Below, one piece after another: positions 12,465 to 24,450 of a stretch of 64,000 nt of DNA. Each line of letters starts with the position of its first letter. The stretch's first letter is position 1. The translations under genes and the position numbers were made by a program. The stretch is from Octopus sinensis (Eukaryota): assembly GCF_006345805.1 (NCBI RefSeq), contig NC_043000.1, forward strand, positions 61,628,001 to 61,692,000. Reading direction: 5' to 3'. Under the pieces are notes generated by a model. It saw nothing but the letters and a program-made list of their open reading frames with translations, had not been told where the DNA came from and did not search any database.

Positions 12465-13738
12465 TTGGGTTGGCAACTAAGTTCCCGCCTTTGTTTTAAT
12501 TTTGAAATTTATTGCGTTTTTAAATATTGAAATCTATTTTTTGTCATTTTGCCATTTTTGGAATCTATTTTTTTTTGTTTTTTTTTCTAGCTAATTTTAG
12601 TTAATTTTTGTTTATTTTCGGATCATTAAAATAGAATGTCAAGTGAAAGAAAACTGGCATTTTATTTTTGCTTTTAATCAAGTTTCTAAAGTCGCAAAAG
12701 CTGCTCGCGATATTTGTCCTGTGTATAAAGGGGGTAACATTGGGTGAAAAAAACGCCCGTGAATGGTATACCAAATTCAAAAATGGAAATTTTGACTTGA
12801 AAGACGCACCTCATTCTGGCCGTCCAGTTGAATTCGATGAATAGCGATTAAACCAACTTTTGTACGAAAATTCTCGTCAAACGACAAGGGAACTGGCTTA
12901 GAAAATGGAATGCTCCTACACTGCTATAGAGAAGCATCTTCAATCGATGGGAAAGATTCAGAAGTGTGGAGCATGAGCTCCGCATGCTTTAAATGACAAC
13001 AACAAAAGTTAACGAGCCAAATCTCCGCTGGTTTGCTTTCTCGTCACCGTTCAACTCATGGACACAAGAAACGAGTTCTTTACTGAATCGTTATTGGGGA
13101 CGAAAAGTTGTACCTGTATATCAATATGAAGCAGCGTAAGGAATGGGTTAGCTCCAGTAAACAAGCGACAGCGCGCGTGAAACTAGATCTTCATTCGCGT
13201 AAAACGATGTTGTGCGTATGGTGGGATTGGGAAGGGATTATCCATTACGAATTGCTTGAACGGAATTAAACGTCAACGCGGAACACGAAGTTCAACAGAT
13301 TGAACGACTCAACACGGCTATTCAAAAGATAAGACCTAATCGGCAGCATGGAGTTCTTCTGCTGCACGACAACGCCCACACTCATATCACCAATATGACT
13401 AAGGAAGCCATTCAAACGCGTGGCTGGGAAGTGCTGCCACACCCGCCGTACTTTCCTAATTTGGCACCAACGGATTTCCACCTTTTTCGATCGCTTTCAA
13501 ATGCTATGCACGGAGTTTCGTTCAATACTGATACAGAATTGAGAGCTTGGCTGGATCAATTTTTCGAGTAGAATTCGGGTGATTTCTACCAACGAGGTAT
13601 TGAAAATCTTGTTGAACGTTGGGAAGAAGTTGCAAACAACAAAGGTGAATACATTATTGATTAATTAGTTGTTATTTTTTATTAAATCATTTAAACAATT
13701 TCAATAAAAAAACGGCGCTAACTTAGTTGCCAGCCCAA
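12465..13738 (+). mobile_element. Full-length decayed mariner (mellifera-like TIR)
   Basis: TIRs TTGGGTTGGCAACTAAGTT and rc TTGGGCTGGCAACTAAGTT with TA TSD. Motifs IVIGDEK, LLLHDNAHTH, HPPYFPNLAPTDFHLFRSL, with stops and frameshifts. Confidence 0.95.
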
Positions 13739-13780
13739 TATATTTACATATACATACATGCATGATGAATACATACATAT

Positions 13781-13865
<85 letters not shown>

Positions 13866-13944
13866 TGTATATATGTATGTATATATGTATATTTACTTCT
13901 TTCCAAGAGGAATAACGAATATATATATTTGATAAAAAAGATTA

Positions 13945-14031
13945 CCAGTGACTTGGAACTTTTGCCGTGGACAGACTTCGTCATAATGTGGCAGTCTGTC
14001 GAGGCTTGTCCGCGGCAAAAGTTGTCACTGG
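13945..14031. other. 87-nt strong hairpin (candidate structured RNA)
   Basis: ccagtgac/gtcactgg (8 bp), a 4-nt bulge, then aacttttgccgtggaca/tgtccgcggcaaaagtt (17 bp with one G.U). Confidence 0.6.
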
Positions 14032-15925
14032 CAACCTTATTTTCAAATCATTCTGTCAGTTGCTCACAACACAGCTATATACATGTGTGTGTGTGTGTGT
14101 GTATGAGTATGTGTGTGTTTTAACTGCAGTTATGTTAATTATTGTGGCAATTGACAATGAGTGGAGTCGTATCCAGAAATCGATTGTAGCCTTTGAAAGA
14201 CTGTGGAGAAAAAAACTTAGTTACCATGAAGTTTTGCTTTCCTGTCGGGTATAAAAAGAAATGGTCATCTTTGAACAATATTAGATCAATGAGTTATATC
14301 AATTCAATGATCGAGTTCGCCTACTTCTAAAGCAAAATACATTTAATGTTCATAAATCAAGACTTGCTCACTGTTAGCTACATCAGATACCATAACACTC
14401 AATCGATAGATTTCTACGAATTCATCTGTTGAAGGACTTGCTTTCAGCGATAAATCGATAAGCGCTCTCTGTCGAAGCTCTCCCTTGTTTTTGTACAAGC
14501 ACAGTTGTTACATTGTACATCAGTAACATCTTTGAGAAACTATCTGATCTGTTTATCCCCTTTCTTTTTTGCATAGCACACTATACATCTCGGAATGAAG
14601 CTTTATCATTGTTCTTGAGTGTACCTATTCTGAATTCGGCTAAACAAAATATAAAAGCATGAACCAAATCTTGATGTTCTATAAGAATATTTTATTGCAA
14701 ATTTTCTACTACACATCTTTTACTGAGAATGTTCTGCTAATCTTCTACTAATGCTCAAAAAGTCGTTGCTTGACATTTCGAAGCAGCTAGAATGTGAAAT
14801 TAATTCTAAACAGTATATAATTATTCTTAAGACATTTCACGCCTTTCTTATTATTGATATTTAGTTAAGTTACTTCTGAAGTTCGCATTTAATTTGATTG
14901 TAATATATCAAAGACATTACGAATAATAGTATACATTCCACCCCCCGCCATCTTCTAATTAATTCAGCATGTTACTCTTACTGTGATAGTTGATAAGATA
15001 TGTTAATTTTATTGCTAAACAATAAAACATTCTTAATAAGATTATTTAAAAACAATGTGTGTGAATTCTCCTATCGATAGTTTACAAAGATGCCAATGAG
15101 TAAATGAGTGGGTTTCAGACATTTTGCATTCAGTTTCACTGTGCTATATAATTATTCTTCACCAGGTCGGCAAATCATGAATAAGAACTCACTTTCATCG
15201 ACAATTTTATAGAAATATTTTGATTAAACTTACAAAAGCCAATAACAAGTTATATACCCTGGATGCATTATTTTAATAAAAATTGAATATAACTACCTGA
15301 TGAAATTTGAATAAAACAATCTCGTAGGCTTAAGTTCTATTGCTATGGAGAGAATGATTCTAATTCATGCATCATATACTTCATAATGTCCGTAAATATC
15401 GGAACTTATTTTATCTTTATACAAATATGTATTCTAATATTCAAATATTTAATTAAGTTATTACATGGGCTTTTTTTTAGCTCTAGTTTAGCTCAAACCT
15501 GGCGTATCTATGTAAAAGCCAACTATACCTAATGTGATGTTGAAACTGAGGTGGAACTTTGGGGAATTATGGCTGGTACTTTCCAAATTTAGAATCTTCC
15601 AGCAGTTATTTATTTTGCTTTAAATCAAATCTGAGAAGTATATTCACAGATTCGTCTTAGGTAGCTATATTTTCGTTGATATTCTGTTAAAATAAGTTTA
15701 TTCTTTATATAAGAGATTAAGTGAGAATATACATAATGTATTCATGTGCATGTATGTAGTTTGTTTGTCTTTGATTATCTAGCAGAAGTCTTTATTTTTA
15801 AAAGAAAAAAAACAATTCTACGATGTAATCAGTATATATACACAAAAATATCTAAATATTTGCATGCAAATATTCTCAACAAAATATGAATACTTTTTCG
15901 TGCTCTCTTTCTGTACATACACATG

Positions 15926-15975
<50 letters not shown>

Positions 15976-17799
15976 CACACACACACACACACTTAAATGC
16001 ATATATATGGTTATTTCTACTCTTTATCTGCCCTATCATCCCCACCTCTCTAACCATCATATTTCGCACAATCGTACATCTCTCATTCACTTTTCTCCTC
16101 TATCTATGGTTTCTAATGTCTCTGCCGCTCGTGTACCCTCTCATTCATACTCTAACACTTTTTTCTATTTTCATTCATACTATTATAATATAAATGATGA
16201 CAGACACACATCTAAAGTTTATTAACAAAATATTAGCCAAAATAGAATGGTATATAAAATAATAAAACGAAAATTCAGAAAAAGAGAAACACATGCGTAC
16301 ACACTATCAAACAGACGGACGTATATAAATAAGAAAAAGTATATGTAAACACTCAAACATACAAAAATACACATATACATCACAAACAAACGCGCGCGCA
16401 CACAGATATATACATACAAATAAACCAAACGCAAGCTGTGAAAGGATTAGAAAAATACGATTTCCTATAGATTCTGACAATTTGAATTATATATATGTGT
16501 GTGAATGTGTGCTTGCATATAAATATATAAATGTGTGTGTATACGAGTGTGTATGTATATGTACGTGTGCCTGTGTGTCTTGGCATATATATGTTATAGA
16601 GTAGCACACACAGTTTAAGCTATGGTTGAAAAAATCATTTAAAAAAAAATAATATATTCAGATGAACATGATCAAAAGCGAAAAAGACATACAATTTAGC
16701 ATAACAACCAAATACAGAATCTAGGACATATAAACACATACATATATGCATACAGACATTAAAATATATGAATACACACACACACTCACGCACACACATA
16801 CACACATATGTATGCATATAGTTAACGGCTTTATAAATCTGCTTCGATCTCCACTTCATAATTGTTTTTGGAAGTTATATTGTGAATACCTTATTTATGA
16901 GAACAGCCCGCAGATACACACGCACACTCACACACAAGCACGCACACACACAGACACACACGCACACATACACATACAGTCGCATGTATATGTATGCCAC
17001 TCGCACTCGTAATATTTTCCACATAACCTGATAAATACGCATATACTTTCGCACATCAATACATACACGACTTTAAACACATTGTCTAGTCAATAGACAT
17101 GTATAATTGTTTTAATATATTTATAGCAGCAATCCTTTCTCGCATTCCGACCCACATAATAGTAACCCGACACGCGCATGACAAGTTTAAACAATGATAT
17201 ATACGAATCAATGAAAAAGCATTTAATTAGTCGCTAAAAGTAACAAACATATTCTCTATCAATTTACACCCTACCTCCTAGAAAAGGGAGAGCTTTGGGT
17301 AATATGATTGTGGAGTCATTACAAATGGGAAAAATACTATATGACAACAGTTTGAAAGTTTCGGTCTTCTAAATGATCTGAAATTTGCTTGATCACGACT
17401 GACGTCGGTCTAGTGTCAGTGATACTATCTGTGCATGTGCAGAGGGAAGAAGTAAGTATACATATATACAGAAGTTAAAGCATTTATACATAGTCTAAAC
17501 TTTAAGAAAGGCTATAATGTAGTATCCTTCAATGCGTGTGAGCGCGCGTGCGTGAATTGCTCAGTGAATAAAAATGTTATAATAACAACCACAAGTCTTG
17601 TGAAATACAGTTATCCAGGGTTTCCTGGACGAAACATTAATATATTTCGCCATTTTTCAAGCTGAGAGCAAGATGACGGATGGACAAGCAACACTCAGAA
17701 AACACAGGAAAAATCAAAGTTGCAATAACAAATTTCAAAAAGGCGTAAACGAGATATTACAATTTTCCCAGTTGCCAATTTTAAAATTCACCCAAGATT

Positions 17800-18400
17800 T
17801 ATATCTTAATATGCGGACATAAAGAAAACATCTCGCTCCTGGAATTTACGTCGGAGGCTCTCAAGTTCTTTAAGCTATATAAGTGTTAAAGAGATCATAT
17901 TGAACATTTTTTGATTTGTTAATACTGCGTTCGGTTTTGGACAGGATTTCCCATTTGATTTTGTAGTTGGTCCCTTCCTCTTTAAGTTTCCAGGTTAAAT
18001 ACGAAAGCGTAATGGAATATCTTTTATAACGGTGTTTAAAATTAAAAAGTTTTTCCACGGTTCCGATATAACGCTTGATTTCTGTTCGATCACCGTCATA
18101 GTTCGCACGTACCTGTGCTTCATAAACAGCGGAGGATAAATTGTATTTCTGCTTTAGAGGACATTTAGATTTGTCTCTACATGTACATCTAGAGCAGGCT
18201 TGAATTGTCGGTTGCCTATGGATTTACGTCTTAACGTTGTGTGTGTGTTAAAGATTTCACTGTACGTATGGGCTCTAGGAAAGTGAATATCTATTAAGCA
18301 CAAGAATTTTCTCTATACATTTATTGTAACATTAAGGGAGAAAGGGGAGAGCACAAACTTTCTGAGACCTATCCTTACGACTTGACGATAGAGTCAGGGC
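17800..18400 (-). pseudogene. Penelope-like element fragment, GIY-YIG region
   Basis: RKFLCLIDIHFPRAHTYSEIFNTHNVK, CRDKSKCPLK..SAVYEAQV..RYIGTVE, TLSYLTWKLKEEGTNYKIKWEIL. Confidence 0.85.
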
Positions 18401-19322
18401 GTCACAAGAGATTTTATCAGTAAAGCCGCTGTCCTGTAGAACATTTCCCACTTTTATTCGGACTTAATTTAATTCGTATTACGTTATCCAATATGCCATT
18501 CCGATTTTATTAGATTTTAATGTGAAATTTAGAGGAGGTAACATGAAAGGTCTTTTGTTTGCGGCGTCATACAAATTATAAGAACGAGTGGGGCACGTAG
18601 AAATTTAAAGTTTTATAATTTATTTTTTTTATATCGATGCATAAATTTACAGAGAATTGTTTGATTTTGTTAAAGGTTTATAAAAAAAAAAAGATATACA
18701 AGGAAAAATTTGATGACATGTAGTATTTTCTTAATATAGTATTGCTTGTGTGTGTGTGTGTGTGGTGTGTGTGTGTGTGTGTGTCTGTCTGTCTGTCTGT
18801 CAGTCTGTCTGTCTGTGAGTCAACAACAGACAAAAATAACAATCCAGATAGTTTGATTGGGATCCTTTGTAATATCAAATTTTGTAATATCATCCTATTG
18901 ATATTTTAATGGATATATTAGTCATAGAGCTTCGTCACATTGTTTTATTACTATGTTGATATTAATGGGTTTTTGTTAGATAACGAATTAGTTACATAGC
19001 TTCATCACATCGGTTCATTACGGTGGATTTTTATGGCCTTGTGTTAGATAACGAATTGCAGATAATTTGAGGACTAACTTCAAAATTCTGTTTCGGCTCA
19101 AATACTTGCAGCAGAATGATGTCATGAAAGGCAAATCAAGGGTCAAGTAGTTATGTTAGATCAGGACACAGATTAATAGTACTATTCAAAGAACAGAGAC
19201 GGTCCCGTCGACGTAGAAAAGTAACTATGCAATTTTATGTGTTTCTCTGCATACTTGATTGCTGTTGCCAAACGTTTATCTCAAAAAGCAAAGGAAAGAA
19301 AGAAAAGAAAAGTATGGCCGTA

Positions 19323-19360
19323 ACATAAACTAAGCAGACCTAGGTCTGCTTAGTTTATGT
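19323..19360. repeat. Perfect 38-bp palindrome abutting a SINE head
   Basis: acataaactaagcagacct|aggtctgcttagtttatgt. Confidence 0.95.
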
Positions 19361-19765
19361 AGGCGTAGGAGTGGCTGTGTGGTAAGCAGATTGCTTACGA
19401 ACTACATAGTTCCGGGTTCAGTCCCACTGCGTGGCACCTTAGGCAAGTGTCTTCGACTATAGCCCGGGGCCGGCCAAAGCCTTGTGAGTGAATTTGGTAG
19501 ACGGAAACTGAAAGAAGCTCGTCGTATATATGTATGCATATATGTATCTGTGTGTATATATTTGTGTGTCTGTGTTTGTCTTCCCTCAACATCACTTGAC
19601 AACCGATGCTGGTGTGTTTACGTCCCCGTAACTTTAGCGGTTCGGCAAAAGAGACCGATAGAATAAGTACTAGGCTTACAAAGAATAAGTCCTGGAGTCG
19701 ACTTGCTCCACTAAAGGTGGTGCTCCAGCATGGCCACAGTCACATTACTGAAACAAGTAAAAGAG
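19361..19765 (+). mobile_element. tRNA-derived SINE, family A (full length, internal microsatellite)
   Basis: A box TGGCTGTGTGG, B box GGTTCAGTCCC, tail ggtgctccagcatggccacagtc..ctgaaacaagtaaaag; second copy at 55171-55545. Confidence 0.9.
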
Positions 19766-20869
19766 AGTAGAAGAAAGAGACACTCGAACACGTATAAAGA
19801 CAGGTACATATATGTATGTATGTATGTATGTATGCATGTATGTATGTATGTATGTATGTATGTATGTATGCATGTATGCATGTGTTTAGATATACACACA
19901 CAATCATACGTGTGTGTGTGCGTGTGTGTGTGTGGTTGTGTATTACAACCACACGCACTAAAGGCTTACAATCTGGAGCTGCTAGTTGATTCAAATAGGT
20001 TTTTATGCAAAACCAATTTAGCGAAAGTTCTCCATATGAATTATTCCCTGAAACGTATCCAGACAAAAGCTTTTTATTTTGTAAGAAAACAATAGGATGT
20101 GGTTCCATCATTATAACAGAAAATAAACAATTTATAGTATTGTATTTGAACACGCTAAATATATGTAATCGCTATTTTTATGAATACGTTTATTGTGCTG
20201 TAACTAACAATGATGTAATTTCGATTGGCGCAAACAAGTTGTCTGTCTGGTTAAGATGTTTTTTTTTTATTGAGAATTAATCGTTTCCGAATGACACCTT
20301 AGGCAGATGCATTCCATTATAGCTTGGAGGGAAACCGGAAATCAAGGTGTGTAAGTGAAAGTGAGTGGACACGTATTTCCTAGACGTACGTTTTTTAGAC
20401 TGAATAGTTGCCACAGTTTCTCAAAATGACTGTAGAGTTGGGTTCTTGATTGCGTTTAGCGGTTTCGGTTGCAAGCATAATTCACTTTAATGAATTAAAC
20501 TGTGAAAGGATGATATAATTCTTTTTCTGAATACGACCTAAAACGTTTTGGAACTAGTTAGAAACTATCTTTGAAAAAAATTTAGTATTAACATATATTG
20601 TATATGTAAGTTTTAATTTACGAATATTCCAGAGAAACGAATATGATATTGTATGTTATCTCATGAGTAATATATTTATCAAATTACTGATATTAATACA
20701 TCATATAGAGCTCTTGGACATATGTCTATAATAACATTTTGGCAGTGTCATTTAAATCTGTCTCTGCTGTCGCTACAGCCACAGTAAAATTTTCGACTTA
20801 GTGTCAAGTCAAACGCAATCAAAATTTCAGTCAAGACATTGAGAATGAACTACTGAAACAAGCTGGATT

Positions 20870-22245
20870 TAGCTGTAGCTGACACTGCTTACTTAAGTCT
20901 TTTACATTATCAGTTCAATTTCTCCGTGGTGATTTTGTTCCTCTAAAGCCGAAAACAAACCTGACGAGCAACTACGTTGATGCAGAACCATTCTCCGGAC
21001 TCTTAGTAGGAGTGATATCTTATCGGTTATGTTGAAAACTTTTGTCTGTATATATTGGCACATCGCATGTGAGTCTCACTTGGTCATTCTCTGCTGCTGG
21101 CAAAAGTTTGTATTCATAGCCCTTTCTGGAATATTCAAGCCCATACTTGTACAACGGCCAGTGCATTTGCAATGCTGCTTTCTCATGGCGTCTTTTGCAC
21201 TCCTTTTAGGCTAGTTTGAGCAACCACTAATTATATAACTGTCTCAGATGATTTTCCACATGGTATACACAAAGGTGATGCTGCGTATCTTATCAATGTT
21301 ACGTTTGATTAATTTAGTACGTAAAGCTTGTTCTTGAGTAGCAAGAATCAGTCCGTTCGCCCCCTTTAAAAAAAACACGTCTTAAAAATCTCCAGGATTC
21401 TTCATGAGCTTCCTCTTCTGGTGTCGAAAAAACTCTCCGTGTAGGACTTTCTTTTTCCAGTTGATGATCTTTTCTCTATCTGTCCTCATTTAGTACTCCT
21501 GGAGGGTCCCTCCATTGTCATTGATTTCATTCTCTCTCAATGCAACCTGCAACGTTCTTTAATCACTATTCGTTAGATAGACATGCAACAACTTGATCTT
21601 TGCAACACTATCTTCTATTCAAACCGGCTCTTTCCCCCCTACCTTCCTAACAATGAACAGACTTGTTACGTTATTCCATGTATGAAGGCACCTAGGCATA
21701 GCCATTACTTTCCTAGTTTTTCTATCTATGTTGACAAGATCTTCCTTCGGCCATTCCACAACACGCATTAATGCCTGTAATCTGGCTCCCTCCATTTATT
21801 TTAGACATTCATAACTCCTCTGGTATATTTAGAAGAAAATCTTTCTATCTTGGTGTTCAGGAATTGGCCTAGTTTTAAAACAATATATTTATTAGTCACT
21901 CTGTTCACTTCCCCTATCCGTTAATAATCTGGACGTTGAACTCCGCTGATGTCAACTTTTCGCCCTCTCCTCAGTTGCACATTTCTCTATATCAATTTAC
22001 GTCTTGAGATAAAATTTGCACAGAATGAATAATGAAATCCAGTCGCCCACTATTATCATCGTAAAGCTTCAAATCTTTCAGAAACATCAGATGAATTATT
22101 AGTTTCATGTTTTTTCTGCAGCTTGTACGCAGCTCCCATCTTTCTCAGAACCATGGAGAGCAGCATCATATTAAAGATGAACAGTAAATGTCGCACCGAA
22201 TCTCCTTGGAAGATTCCTCTCCACGTCGACTTGCCTTCCAACTTC
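20870..22245 (-). mobile_element. RLE-type non-LTR retrotransposon fragment, decayed
   Basis: RGIFQGDSVRHLLF, WPKEDLVNIDRKTRK, LILATQEQALRTK. Confidence 0.85.
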
Positions 22246-22246
22246 T

Positions 22247-22300
<54 letters not shown>

Positions 22301-22303
<3 letters not shown>

Positions 22304-22750
22304 GAAATATTAAAATTACTAAGTCTCTCTAAAAGAGATTACGACAGCGTTACTGGAAATTAATTGTTATCGCCATATTAATATGGCAATCTTATAGATA
22401 TAAGACTAAAAGCTGTCGCTGATTAGCTCCATGAGGCCATCGCCTTAAGATAACTATATGACACACAAACTGTGTCCATTAGAACCTTCGAACAAGGGAG
22501 GTCAGCCGCTTCACACTGCTAGTCAGACAGCTACAGACGCGTTTCAGGGTATTTGCCCCTTGTCAATGTAGCGTAGTCGACTCAGCAGGTGTCGCCACTG
22601 ATCGTCTCTGTTCGAAGGTTCTATTACCTATTTTCGGTGGAATACATCCACTTGTTTTCAATAATAGAAATATTAAAATTACTAAGTCTCTCTAAAAGAG
22701 ATTACGACATATTAAATGATTGCCATATTAATATGGCGATAACAATTAAT
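22301..22750 (-). mobile_element. Retrozyme-like non-autonomous element, copy 1, in an (ATT)n tract
   Basis: 46-bp direct repeat at 22301 and 22664; 33-bp segment repeated in inverted orientation at the right end; central 144-nt hairpin (15-bp perfect arms 22480-22494/22609-22623) capped by an HHR. Confidence 0.8.
22530..22572 (-). ncRNA. Type I hammerhead ribozyme, U3-A8 variant
   Basis: gcuaca UUGACAA gggg caaaua cccu GAAA CGCG UC/ uguagc; 6-bp helix I followed by a UAC/U internal loop and further pairing. Confidence 0.85.
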
Positions 22751-22784
22751 TATTATTATTATTATTATTATTATATTATTATTA

Positions 22785-22818
<34 letters not shown>

Positions 22819-22821
<3 letters not shown>

Positions 22822-23267
22822 GAAATATTAAAATTACTAAGTCTCTCTAAAAGAGATTACGACAGCGTTACTGGAAATTAATTGTTATCGCCATATTAAT
22901 ATGGCAATCTTATAGATATAAGACTAAAAGCTGTCGCTGATTAGCTCCATGAGGCCATCGCCTTAAGATAACTATATGACACACAAACTGTGTCCATTAG
23001 AACCTTCGAACAAGGGAGGTCAGCCGCTTCACACTGCTAGTCAGACAGCTACAGACGCGTTTCAGGGTATTTGCCCCTTGTCAATGTAGCGTAGTCGACT
23101 CAGCAGGTGTCGCCACTGATCGTCTCTGTTCGAAGGTTCTATTTACCTATTTTCGGTGGAATACATCCACTTGTTTTCAATAATAGAAATATTAAAATTA
23201 CTAAGTCTCTCTAAAAGAGATTACGACATATTAAATGATTGCCATATTAATATGGCGATAACAATTA

Positions 23268-23269
<2 letters not shown>
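22819..23269 (-). mobile_element. Retrozyme-like element, copy 2 (tandem, 518-bp period)
   Basis: Identical to copy 1 apart from one inserted T (ctatttacct vs ctattacct). Confidence 0.8.
23048..23090 (-). ncRNA. Type I hammerhead ribozyme, U3-A8 variant, second copy
   Basis: Identical to 22530-22572. Confidence 0.85.
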
Positions 23270-23318
<49 letters not shown>

Positions 23319-23320
23319 TA

Positions 23321-23490
23321 GGGGGTGATCTGGTAGTGATCAGGTAGCATTTCGGCCGTCTTTACGATTTGAGTTTAAATTCCATCGAGGATCACTTTGC
23401 CTTTCCTCATTTTGGAGTATATAATAAGTAGTAATCAAGGAATGGGATCAATAATATCAATTATCCCTCTCCGCCAAAATTTCAGGCCCC
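23321..23490 (+). mobile_element. SINE family B, degenerate partial copy
   Basis: ttcggccgtctttacgatttgagtttaaattccatcgagg matches the other family B copies. Confidence 0.7.
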
Positions 23491-23859
23491 AATAACTTTT
23501 ATAGAAATGATTAGCGTATGTGTACCATTCAAATACTAGAAGCTACAGTTTTCGTCTGAGAAACCATAGAAAAAGTCCATTACATATTTGTTATTTTTTA
23601 AATGATATATTTATACTTCAAACCTAGGTGGAGCGAAATCGCCTTGGAAGTGATAGCTATTTGCAACAGTGTTATCAATTCTGAAATGGTGGTGAAAGGG
23701 CCGGTATGATGTATATAGAGACATTGCATAAAAAATAAACTGCTTTAAAATGATAATGCTTGGGCTGAATATAATTCGAATTATGCTACAGAAGCGCTAG
23801 GGTAAAATATATATTCATATGACATAATATAATGGATGTGCAAGAATTCTACGCGCCTC

Positions 23860-24450
23860 TCCTTTGATCGGGAAGAGCAAGTAGTTTTCCACTGTCTGCT
23901 GGCTATGGCAAGAGGGTTTGTGTGATCGGAGAGAAGGAAGGGAATAAAGAATATTTTTCTCTACAGTTAATCCCTCATCGACTTTTAAAAATTTAATTTG
24001 AAAAGGAAGGTGAGGGTTGAGAGGGATGTGCTCCCTTAATCTACCAATTTGTTAAGAAGTGGGTGAGTGTGGCGAGGTGGGTCGAGTGAGTAGGCCTAAT
24101 CTAAGTTAGCGCTTGTTGACTGAGGAATACGGAGACGAGAGAAAGACACTTGCCCCGGTACTCCCGGTGAGTAGAATGCTCCAGGGTAGCCTTTTCTTCC
24201 TAATTGGGCAATTCGTTTGTCAGATTTATTCGCATATTGTTATTGTTCTTAATTATTTGAAATTTTCTATGTAAATCCCCATCCCCATTTTCTTTTGATT
24301 TTATATTGTCCTTTTGTTTTGCTGTCCTTGTCAATAGACCAAGAATATTTCAAGCGTTTGTGGCTATAAACAGAAATAAACATTCCTTTGTATTTTACTA
24401 AAGTACTCATGATCGACAATGCATAATACTTCAAAGACAAAATCAAATAA
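23860..24450 (-). pseudogene. Very decayed Penelope-like GIY-YIG region
   Basis: Weak motif resemblance only (EKATL.., HPSQPSPSFS..CREKYSL). Confidence 0.35.

Noticed and set aside
14575-14645. Possible minus-strand terminal exon after tttgtttag (EFRIGTLKNNDKASFRDV*)
   Set aside because: Stops in all frames within 60 nt and no homology recognised.
17600-17650. HHR-like fragment tccagg-gttt-cctggac GAAAC
   Set aside because: Good helix II, but the upstream core reads CAGTTA rather than CUGANGA; at best a decayed relic.
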